Assembly: GCF_036277355.1 (NCBI RefSeq) | Contig: NZ_DASUNC010000037.1 | Span: forward strand, 112,378-144,377 | DNA: 32,000 nt | Source of the DNA: Archangium sp. | Lineage (GTDB): Bacteria > Myxococcota > Myxococcia > Myxococcales > Myxococcaceae | Direction of reading: 5' to 3' | Shown here: positions 9,020 to 16,373 of the stretch, piece after piece | Position numbering within the stretch: the stretch's first letter is position 1 | Layout of the letters: each line of letters starts with the position of its first letter | The notes under the pieces: generated by a model | Databases searched by the model: none | What the model was told of the DNA's origin: nothing | The model's input: only the letters and a program-made list of their open reading frames with translations | Program-made: the position numbers and the translations under genes

Positions 9020-10819
9020 ATGTCGACCCTGCGCAACGCACCGCGTTCTCGCAGATGCCGCCCTGGATTTTGGACACGCCCACTCATGCCGCTGCGTTCT
9101 TCTGACGCCTCCTTCCGCGCGAGGGAGCGCTGCGCCTGGGGAGTGCTCATGCTGGCCCTGTGGGTGCTGAGCGGATGCACCACGGGTGCGTCTCCGGCCG
9201 GGCTGCTGGCGAGCCCACGCCCCCATCGCATGACGCCTTCCTTGCGTACGGAGGCAAGCCGGAGCGCCGCACAGCCAGAGGACTCCCCCACGCTCGACGA
9301 GGACGACGACCCGGAAGACGGCGTCGAGGAGGAACTCGGCGTCCCGATAGTGACGGCGGACGCACCTGGGGACGTGTCCGGCTCGCGGGGGCGCCGCCCG
9401 AGGCGGGAGGAGGACGCGCCGCTGGAGGACGAAGGTGGGGTCCCGGTGGGTTGGCCCGATGGTGTGGGGGACGGCCGCCCTGCCCCGGTGCCCTTCAGCC
9501 TGGACTACTTCCGGGGCCTGCTGCACCAGGTGGGCGTACCCGAGGAGGTGATGCTGAGTGACGGGAGCACCCTGTCTCCCGAGCAGGCGGTACAACTGTT
9601 GGCGCACCTGCTGGAGGCGGAGGCGGGGTTGGGGGAGTTTCCCCGCCAGCGCATGGCGGCGCACCTGCTGCTGGAGGTGGCCACGGGCGCGGGTCCGGTG
9701 ACGCGGGAGGAGTTGCACGCGCGCATGGACCGCTTCCACCGGTTGAGGGTGGTGCGGCCGGACGGCTACCTGGTGCGGGCGGTGACGGGCGAGGCCGTGC
9801 AGCGTGCGGGGGAAGTGCGGCTGGAACCGGACGGCACGCTGCGGGCGGGCCGCTACGAGGTGGGCCCCTTCTACGCGGTGGAGGACGGGCAGCTGTGGCC
9901 GGTGGACTCGGGGCTGGAGGTGCCCCGGGGTGCGAAGCCTCTGGGCCCCTATGTGCCGGATGACGGGGTGGTGCTGCCAGCGCTGGAAGGAGCGGGGCTG
10001 GCGCTGGGGGACATGCTCGAGGGGCTGTGCCGGCTCGTCTTCCACCCGGGCGAGAGCCTGGAGAGCCTGACGCAACTGCCGGGAGCGGTGCGCGTGCTCT
10101 TCCAGAATGCGCCCGAGTATTGGGAGACCTTCCGCCAGAGGCCGCGGGGCGAGCAGGTGCGTGAGATGTCGCGGCTGCTGGCCAACGCGCTGCTGACGGT
10201 GGGCACCTCGGGGGCGGGGGCGGTGAAGGCGGTGGGGTGGGGCGAGAAGCTCGGCCGGCTGTCGGTGCCCCTGCTGACGCTGACGAAGAAGGGCGAACTG
10301 GTGCTGCGGCTGGTGGCGGTGCCCGGGCGGGCCGTGACGGTGGCGGGCCAGGGAGTGAGCGTCGCCTGGGGCCTGCACCTGGCCAAGGTGGGCTCGGGCC
10401 AAGGTGGCGGCTGGGTGCCGCCGGTGGGGGGACCGGGGCAGTGGGTGCCCAAGAACGAGCGGATGTCGCCACGCTCACGTGCCTTCCAGCACAAGGTGAC
10501 GAAAGCGCCCGCGGGCTGGGTGTACCGGGTATGGCGCAATGGCGAGAAGGCGGACTTCGACGGCTTCGACCTGGACCAGCGCATCCTGACGGAGACCAAG
10601 GGCCTGGGCTACGACAAGCACTTCGATGCCGACCTCAATGCCAGGAAGTATTTCCGAGGCGCCAGGCGGCTCGTCAGGCAGGCCCAGCGGCAACTCCGGG
10701 TGGCCAAGGGTGTCCGCATTCGTTGGCACGTCGCCGAGGCCAGAATGGTGGACATTCTCAAGAGATTGTTCAAGCAGGAACGAGTCGAAGGTATAGAGGT
10801 GGTCCACACGCCACCCTAG
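9020..10819 (+). CDS. Lipoprotein polymorphic toxin with a C-terminal PD-(D/E)xK nuclease domain (Tox-REase-5-like); SitA-like architecture
   Basis: Track ORF 9020..10819; the functional start is more likely ATG 9086 (MPLRSSDASFRARERCAWGVLMLALWVLSGC). Lipobox L-S-G-C, followed by an acidic or disordered linker and a large middle domain. The last ~125 aa (from nt ~10442) read AFQHKVTKAP..ADFDGFD..RILTETKGLGYD...RQAQRQLRVAKGVRIRWHVAE..., that is D...ExK plus the conserved tail as I recall it for Tox-REase-5. Confidence 0.75.
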   Translation: MSTLRNAPRSRRCRPGFWTRPLMPLRSSDASFRARERCAWGVLMLALWVLSGCTTGASPAGLLASPRPHRMTPSLRTEASRSAAQPEDSPTLDEDDDPEDGVEEELGVPIVTADAPGDVSGSRGRRPRREEDAPLEDEGGVPVGWPDGVGDGRPAPVPFSLDYFRGLLHQVGVPEEVMLSDGSTLSPEQAVQLLAHLLEAEAGLGEFPRQRMAAHLLLEVATGAGPVTREELHARMDRFHRLRVVRPDGYLVRAVTGEAVQRAGEVRLEPDGTLRAGRYEVGPFYAVEDGQLWPVDSGLEVPRGAKPLGPYVPDDGVVLPALEGAGLALGDMLEGLCRLVFHPGESLESLTQLPGAVRVLFQNAPEYWETFRQRPRGEQVREMSRLLANALLTVGTSGAGAVKAVGWGEKLGRLSVPLLTLTKKGELVLRLVAVPGRAVTVAGQGVSVAWGLHLAKVGSGQGGGWVPPVGGPGQWVPKNERMSPRSRAFQHKVTKAPAGWVYRVWRNGEKADFDGFDLDQRILTETKGLGYDKHFDADLNARKYFRGARRLVRQAQRQLRVAKGVRIRWHVAEARMVDILKRLFKQERVEGIEVVHTPP

Positions 10820-10834
10820 TTCTGTACGATAGAC

Positions 10835-11545
10835 ATGAGAGAGACCTATTACACCGGGGCTTATTGGCCGGCGCGTCGCGAGTCTGCTGAGCAGTGCGCA
10901 CGACGCGCGGAGACCTTCTTTCGTCTCCTCTCGGATTGTGACTCCCTCTTCACGAATTGGTTCGAGCAGGCGAACTCAATCAAAAAAGCGCTGCAACTCC
11001 AGTTCGAGCCCACCTACGAGACGTTCCTGCGATTCTTCATGAGCAGGAAATACAATGAGGGGGCGTTTGGGTTCAGCTTCGGTGCTTGGACGGGGCACAA
11101 GGAGGATGGGCAGGGTGGGATGGTGGCGCTCAGTTGTGGCTCTGCTGTGACTCCCCCTCCAAACAATTGTCTTCTCCACCTGCCCGCGGAGGAACCAGGT
11201 GCCGAGCATGTACTCACCACGCAAGTCCTGATTCAGGTGCTTCGCGCGATGGTCCTGGCCTGGGAGCCAGCTGATGGTGGAGTCTTCTCGAAAGCCTACC
11301 AGGATCTGAGAGATGAGCCCGCGAGCAAGCCCTACACTGGTTGGCTCATGTATCTCTCACGCAACCGTGGGGAGGTGCCGCCTCTACCAGAGCCCGTGCG
11401 CGTCGAATCCGTAGAAGACAAGGGGACCCTCATCATCCTCACCCCGGAGCGCTTCACCGTGGGCAACCCGGCGCACATCGCCCTGGCCGACGAGGTGCGC
11501 ACGTTGCTGGAGCGGGCGGGGTTGTTGACCGGGTACAACCCGTAG
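10835..11545 (+). CDS. Cognate immunity protein candidate (Imm52-like)
   Basis: Track ORF 10835..11545, starting 15 nt after the toxin stop on the same strand. No signal peptide. The N-terminus MRETYYTGAYWPARRESAEQCARRAETFFRLL resembles the Imm52 family start as I remember it. GC is markedly lower than the flanks. Confidence 0.6.
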   Translation: MRETYYTGAYWPARRESAEQCARRAETFFRLLSDCDSLFTNWFEQANSIKKALQLQFEPTYETFLRFFMSRKYNEGAFGFSFGAWTGHKEDGQGGMVALSCGSAVTPPPNNCLLHLPAEEPGAEHVLTTQVLIQVLRAMVLAWEPADGGVFSKAYQDLRDEPASKPYTGWLMYLSRNRGEVPPLPEPVRVESVEDKGTLIILTPERFTVGNPAHIALADEVRTLLERAGLLTGYNP

Positions 11546-11570
11546 GGCCGCCCGCTGCCTCAGGCCCTCC

Positions 11571-13313
11571 TCAGGCGGCTCGCAGTTTGCGGAGGGTGGA
11601 GACGAACTGCTCGGCGGGGAGGGTGTTGAGGAGGTCCTCCTTCCGCGCCCAGCCCCGGCGCGCGGTGGCCACGGCGAAGGCCAGGTTGCCCAGGTCCGAC
11701 ACCTTGTGCGCATCGCAGCTCGCCACCAGCTTCACCCCGCGCTGGAGCGCCATGCGCACGTGCTCCGTCTTCAGGTCCAACCGCTCCGGCTTGCCGTTGA
11801 CCTCCACCACCACGCCCCGCTCGGCGGCCTTGTCGAGCACCGCCTCCATGCGCACGGGGTAGGGCTCGCGGCTGTGGATGAGCCGCCCGGTGGGGTGTCC
11901 GAGGATGTGCAGGTGCGGATTGTCGAAGGCCGCCAGCAGCCGGCGCGTCATCTGCTCCTCGTCCATGCTGTGCCGTACGTGGACGGAGCCGATGACCACC
12001 TCCAGCTTCTCCAGCACCCCGTCCGAGTAGTCCAGGGCGCCGCTCTCCAGGATGTCCACCTCGATGCCCTTGAGCAGCCGGAGGCCCTTCACCGTCTCGT
12101 TGACGCGGTCGATCTCGTCCCACTGGCGGCGCAGGTCATCCTCCTTGAGGCCTCCGGCGTAGATGGCCGCCTGGCTGTGCTCGGTGACGGTGAGGAACTT
12201 CAGCCCCAACGCCTGCGCCGCGCGCGCCATCTCCTCCAGCGAGTTCTTCCCGTCCGACCAGGTGCTGTGCGCGTGCACGGCACCCTGCAGGTCCTCGAGC
12301 GTGACCAGGTTCGTGGGCAGCCGGCCCTCGAGCGCGGCCTCGATCTCCCCGGTGTCCTCGCGCAGCTCGGGCGGGACGTACTGCATGCCGAGCAGCGCGT
12401 AGAGCGCGGCCTCGTCCGGCACGCTCAGCTTGGTGCCATCGGCGCGGTGCACGCCCCACTCGGAGATCTTCAGCCCCTTGTCATGGGCAATGCCCCGCAG
12501 CCGCACGTGGTGGGCCTTGGAGCCGGTGAAGTGGTGCAGGGCGGTGGCGAAGTCCTCGTCCGGCAGGACGCGCAGGTCCACCTGGAGATCCTTCTCGTGC
12601 AACCGCACCGAGCACTTGCTCTCGCCCCGGCCGATGATGTGGGCCACCTCGGGGGCACGGGCGAAGGCGTCGAACACCGCGTTGGCATCCGGCGCCGAGG
12701 CGATGAGGTCCACGTCTCCCACCGTCTCCGCGCGGCGGCGCAGGCTGCCTCCCACGCTCGCGCGGATGACGCCAGGCGTGGCCTTGATGGACTCGAGCAG
12801 CCGCTCGGCCACGGGCATCACGTCTCCCAGCAGCCGCCGGGACGTCCGGGTCCGCCGGTACAGCTCCACGCCCGCGAGGATCTTCGCCTCGCTCTTCTCC
12901 CCGAAACCCGAGAGCTTCCGCACCCGGCCCTCGCGGCAGGCCTTCTCCAGTGCGTCCACCCCGTCCACGCCCAGCTGGCGCGCCAGGGCCAGGGCCTTCT
13001 TCGGGCCCAGATCCGGCACCTGGACGAGCTCCAGGACCCCGGGGGGGAACTCGGCGCGCAGCGTGTCGTAGTAGGCGAGCTTACCGGTGGTGAGCAGCTC
13101 GGAGACCTTGTCGGCGATCGCCTGGCCGATCCCCGGCAGCTCTTTCAGGCGGCCTTCGCGCACGAGCGCCCCCAAGTCGTCGGAGAGCCCGGCGATGCGG
13201 TCGGCGGCGGTGTCGTATGCGCGGCTGCGGAACGGGTTCTCCCCCTTCATCTGGAGGAGGAGCGAGATGTCCCGGAGGACCTGGACCACGGCGGCTTTAT
13301 CGGGAGGCGTCAC
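11571..13313 (-). CDS. polX: Family X DNA polymerase with a C-terminal PHP phosphoesterase domain
   Basis: The track ORF 11571..13784 is over-extended. HhH LPGIGQAIADKV, catalytic block GGSLRRRAETVGDVDLI, HFTGSKAHH, and PHP motifs HAHSTWSDG / TEHS / HILGHPTG. The GTG at 13313 gives a 580-aa product typical of PolX. ATG 13427 is the alternative start. Confidence 0.88.
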   Translation of the reverse strand: MTPPDKAAVVQVLRDISLLLQMKGENPFRSRAYDTAADRIAGLSDDLGALVREGRLKELPGIGQAIADKVSELLTTGKLAYYDTLRAEFPPGVLELVQVPDLGPKKALALARQLGVDGVDALEKACREGRVRKLSGFGEKSEAKILAGVELYRRTRTSRRLLGDVMPVAERLLESIKATPGVIRASVGGSLRRRAETVGDVDLIASAPDANAVFDAFARAPEVAHIIGRGESKCSVRLHEKDLQVDLRVLPDEDFATALHHFTGSKAHHVRLRGIAHDKGLKISEWGVHRADGTKLSVPDEAALYALLGMQYVPPELREDTGEIEAALEGRLPTNLVTLEDLQGAVHAHSTWSDGKNSLEEMARAAQALGLKFLTVTEHSQAAIYAGGLKEDDLRRQWDEIDRVNETVKGLRLLKGIEVDILESGALDYSDGVLEKLEVVIGSVHVRHSMDEEQMTRRLLAAFDNPHLHILGHPTGRLIHSREPYPVRMEAVLDKAAERGVVVEVNGKPERLDLKTEHVRMALQRGVKLVASCDAHKVSDLGNLAFAVATARRGWARKEDLLNTLPAEQFVSTLRKLRAA

Positions 13314-13454
13314 AGGGGGGAAGGTAATGCCCTTGGAACGGGGGTGCAGGCGAGCGGAAACGTGAGGTTCACATACAAGCACTCCCCGCCCGGCCCCGGC
13401 CGGGATACAAGGGCTCGGGTCGTTCATTCCAGTGAGCCACGAGAGACGGAGTCG

Positions 13455-13772
13455 ATGAAGATCAAGCTCGGACCGGCGGACTTCGCCGAAAAGGAGATGC
13501 GGGGCTACGAGGTGGGCAAGCGCAGCCTGTGCGTGGCCAGGATCAACGGGCGCTACAAGGGGCTCGATGACTGGTGCAACCACGCGGGCTGTCTGCTCTC
13601 CGGGGGCCGCCTGGAGGGGAACATGGTCGTCTGCCCCTGCCACGAGGTCGGCTTCGACATGGACACCGGCAAGAACGAGACCTCGCCGGGCGTGTGCGAT
13701 GACCAGCCCACCGTGAAGGTCGAGATCGCCGAAGGGCAGTTGGTCGTCGAGTTGCCCGACCAGGACGTGTAG
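13455..13772 (+). CDS. Small Rieske [2Fe-2S] domain protein (NirD/ferredoxin-like)
   Basis: This is the C-terminal part of spurious track ORF 11706..13772. ATG 13455 follows GAGAGACGGAG. Rieske ligands: CNHAGC ... CPCHEVGF. Confidence 0.8.
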   Translation: MKIKLGPADFAEKEMRGYEVGKRSLCVARINGRYKGLDDWCNHAGCLLSGGRLEGNMVVCPCHEVGFDMDTGKNETSPGVCDDQPTVKVEIAEGQLVVELPDQDV

Positions 13773-13782
13773 GAGGCTCGCC

Positions 13783-14412
13783 ATGGGACACGAGGGACAC
13801 GATCACGACCATGACCACGGGCATGGTCACGGGCATCACCATCACCCCCACGGGCACGAGCATGGCCACGACCACGGCCATGACCACTCCCACGGACACG
13901 AGCACGGCTCCGGGCCGGTGGCGGAGCACAAGGCGCACGCGCCGGTGCACGTGAGCACGTTCGTGGTGACGTGCTCGGACAGCCGCGACGAGTCGAAGGA
14001 CGAGAGCGGGCGGGTGCTGCGCGAGCTGCTGGAGGCCGAGGGCCATTCGGTGAGCGGCTACCGCGTCATCAAGGACGAGCCCGAGTCCATCCGCGCCATG
14101 CTGAAGGAGGCGCAGGAGTCCGGTGCGCGGGCCGTCATCTTCAACGGCGGAACGGGCATCGGCCGCCGGGACAGCACGGTGGAGACGCTGCAGGGCCTCT
14201 TCGAGAAGACACTGCCCGGCTTCGGCGAGCTGTTCCGGATGCTGTCCTTCCAGGAGATCGGCAGCGCGGCGATGATGTCGCGGGCCACCGCGGGGACGTA
14301 CCAGGGGATGATCCTCTTCTCGCTCCCGGGCTCGCCGAAGGCGGTGCGGCTCGCGCTGCGCAAGCTCATCCTCCCCGAGCTGGGTCACGCGGTGCGTGAG
14401 CTGACGCGCTGA
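13783..14412 (+). CDS. moaB: MoaB/Mog-family molybdenum cofactor biosynthesis protein with a ~45-aa His-rich N-terminal extension
   Basis: Track ORF 13783..14412. AGGAGG lies 5 nt upstream, and the gene starts 10 nt after the Rieske stop. The tail is GHEGHDHDHDHGHGHGHHHHPHGHEHGHDHGHDHSHGHEHG. The MoaB core follows: TCSDSR...NGGTGIGRRDSTVE...PGFGELFR...GSPKAV. Confidence 0.85.
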   Translation: MGHEGHDHDHDHGHGHGHHHHPHGHEHGHDHGHDHSHGHEHGSGPVAEHKAHAPVHVSTFVVTCSDSRDESKDESGRVLRELLEAEGHSVSGYRVIKDEPESIRAMLKEAQESGARAVIFNGGTGIGRRDSTVETLQGLFEKTLPGFGELFRMLSFQEIGSAAMMSRATAGTYQGMILFSLPGSPKAVRLALRKLILPELGHAVRELTR

Positions 14413-14423
14413 GCCACGGACTT

Positions 14424-14469
14424 CCGGCCGGGCCTCGCGGGCCTTCCTCTCCGCGCGAGGTCTGGCCGG
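14424..14469. terminator. Imperfect GC-rich hairpin between convergent moaB and the RCK/RyR gene
   Basis: CCGGCCGGGCCTCGCG (14424-14439) pairs with CGCGAGGTCTGGCCGG (14454-14469) with two mismatches. No U-tract follows. Confidence 0.3.
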
Positions 14470-14478
14470 TCCGCTGCG

Positions 14479-16242
14479 TCATCCCGCGCGCCGCGGCCTC
14501 GCTTCCTCCGAGTCCTCCCGGACGAGGCGCTGGCCGATGAGCGCGAGCAGCTCGGGAATCTGCCGGATCGCGGCCCGGTCGTTGTCCCGGTACGTCTCCT
14601 CGAGCTCGGCCCACGGAACGATGCACGGGTGCGTCTTCGCCACGTCATCTCGAGGGCCCTTGCGCCACCCATCGAGCAGGTACCGCGCGCACCAGCGGTC
14701 GTGCTCCATGCGCGCCAACAGCTCCACCTCGTCGGGGGTGAAGGCGAACCCTTCCGTGCTCGATGAGGCGGGTTCGAGCCCGCACCCCACGGCTCGCAGC
14801 TTGACGGGGATGTGGTCCGCCTGTTGACGGTTCGACTCGCGGAAGAACTCGTCGAGCTCGGGCCACTCCCTCAGGGAGGCACGCGCCCCCAGGACTTCTC
14901 CCTCCGCCAGCTTGCGCCGCAGGTAGTCCGTGTGCGCCGTGCGCGCGAGCAGATCCAACGTCTCGCCCAGGATGCTCTCGCGGTTGCACAGCCGGTCGAT
15001 CATCCCGAAGACGCTGATCCGTCCGTTCCAGCGGCCCTCGCCCGCGCCCTGCACCAGGGCCGACATCCCCGCCTCGTGCGACATGCGCACCCGCACCGGC
15101 ACCCGCCGTCCGCGCAGCCGCTCCACCAGCGTCAGTCCACAGGCTAGGCCGCGGCGGTCGTCGTCGAAGCACACCACGATGTCCAGGAGCCGGTGCGGAT
15201 CCTGTCCCCACGCCTCCAGGCGCGTGAGCACCTCGGCGTACTCCACGTCGCCCTCGAGCACGTCCAGGTCCGCCACCTCGGTGAACCCCGGGCACCTGCC
15301 GAGGAACCGCTGCCGCCGCTCCTCGGCCTTCCGGTCGACGATCGTCACCCGCAGGCGGGAGCCGTTGGCCAGGTGCGTCAGGCGGGCGGCCTGCAGCGCC
15401 ACGCTTTCTCCCATCTGCCCGAACCCCACCACGCACAGGTGCACGAAGCGCGGGTCTCCAGGCCCCACCCGCTCCCGGTCCAGCGGGTGGTCGCGCAGCA
15501 GCACACGGGCCGCCGCCTCGTGGATGTTGAAGGGCTGGGCCTCCACTGGCTCCGGGCCCGTCAGCACCTTCGAGGCGCGGATGAGCCCGCACAGCTGGAG
15601 ATCTCCCACGTGGGCGAGGACACGCAGGGGCGTGGTGCGTCCGGGGGCCTGCTCTCGCACGAGCCGGCGCGCGGCGAGGGCTGTCTCGATGTTCGCGCCA
15701 TCATCGCCGGTGACCGCGAACAGGAGCGCGGCCTGGGCCACGCGGGCCTGACGGAGGATGGCCTCGTCGGCCGCCGCGCTCAGCAGCACGAGCGCGCCCG
15801 ACTCCCGCGCCGCGAGCAGGGAGTCGTTCTCCTCGTCCTTCTCGATGATGACGACCCGCTCGCCCCGGGACAGCAGGTCCTGGGCGAGTTGGTGCCCCTT
15901 GCGCCCCAGGCCGCACACCACCACATGGCCGGAGAGCCGGCGCAGCCTCAGCCGCTCGAGCTCGCCCGCGAAGAGCACGGAGCCGGCGCGCAGCACCGCG
16001 TAGAAGGACACGGCCGCGGAGGACCAGCGGGCCACGTCGAGCGTCCAGGGCGTCCTGCCCGGCAGCACCTGGAGCTGCAGCACGAAGAGCTGCACCGACT
16101 GGTAGAGCAGGTCCGAGGCACCGAAGAGGGGATCTCCCAGGTAGTCGCGGAGCCCCACCACACCCAGGCCGAGGGTGGAGAGCACCCACGCCACGACCAT
16201 TCCGGGCTCATGATCGCGGAGGAAGGCAAGGAGACGTCGCAT
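14479..16242 (-). CDS. Membrane protein with a 2-TM channel-like N-terminus, two RCK/TrkA-N NAD-binding domains and two C-terminal RyR repeats
   Basis: Track ORF 14479..16242. Hydrophobic segments MVVAWVLSTLGLGVVGL and WSSAAVSFYAVLRAGSVLF. Rossmann motifs VVCGLGRKGHQLA and VVGFGQMGESVA. RyR-like repeats LARTAHTDYLRRKL...REWPELDEFFRESNRQQADHIPVKL and LARMEHDRWCARYLLDGWRKGP..THPCIVPWAELEETYRDNDRAAIRQIPELL. Confidence 0.8.
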   Translation of the reverse strand: MRRLLAFLRDHEPGMVVAWVLSTLGLGVVGLRDYLGDPLFGASDLLYQSVQLFVLQLQVLPGRTPWTLDVARWSSAAVSFYAVLRAGSVLFAGELERLRLRRLSGHVVVCGLGRKGHQLAQDLLSRGERVVIIEKDEENDSLLAARESGALVLLSAAADEAILRQARVAQAALLFAVTGDDGANIETALAARRLVREQAPGRTTPLRVLAHVGDLQLCGLIRASKVLTGPEPVEAQPFNIHEAAARVLLRDHPLDRERVGPGDPRFVHLCVVGFGQMGESVALQAARLTHLANGSRLRVTIVDRKAEERRQRFLGRCPGFTEVADLDVLEGDVEYAEVLTRLEAWGQDPHRLLDIVVCFDDDRRGLACGLTLVERLRGRRVPVRVRMSHEAGMSALVQGAGEGRWNGRISVFGMIDRLCNRESILGETLDLLARTAHTDYLRRKLAEGEVLGARASLREWPELDEFFRESNRQQADHIPVKLRAVGCGLEPASSSTEGFAFTPDEVELLARMEHDRWCARYLLDGWRKGPRDDVAKTHPCIVPWAELEETYRDNDRAAIRQIPELLALIGQRLVREDSEEARPRRAG

Positions 16243-16373
16243 GTGCCCGCGAGTCTACCTCGCCCGCCGGAGCGGAAGGAGCGGGTGGGAAGCAGCCAGG
16301 GGAACGTCCTGGAGCCTTGCTCGGTCGAGGAGCCGCGTTCTAGCGTGCCGCGCAACGTATTTCGGGAGGGTGC

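Noticed and set aside
8832-11570. Toxin locus as part of a prophage, Mx-alpha-like element or transposon
   Set aside because: The window contains no integrase, transposase, phage structural gene or tRNA attachment site. No terminal inverted or direct repeats flank the segment. Only the internal GC shift supports horizontal origin.
11571-13784. Full 737-aa extent of the polX ORF, and the 688-aa plus-strand ORF 11706..13772
   Set aside because: The first ~120-157 codons of the minus ORF overlap the well-supported Rieske gene and have no PolX homology, so the start was moved to 13313 (or 13427). Only the last 105 codons of the plus ORF, the Rieske protein, look real.
16243-16373. Sigma-54 promoter in the divergent RyR / DUF4139 intergenic region (TGGAGCCTTGCT)
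   Set aside because: The GG-to-GC spacing is too short compared with the TGGCAC-N5-TTGC consensus.
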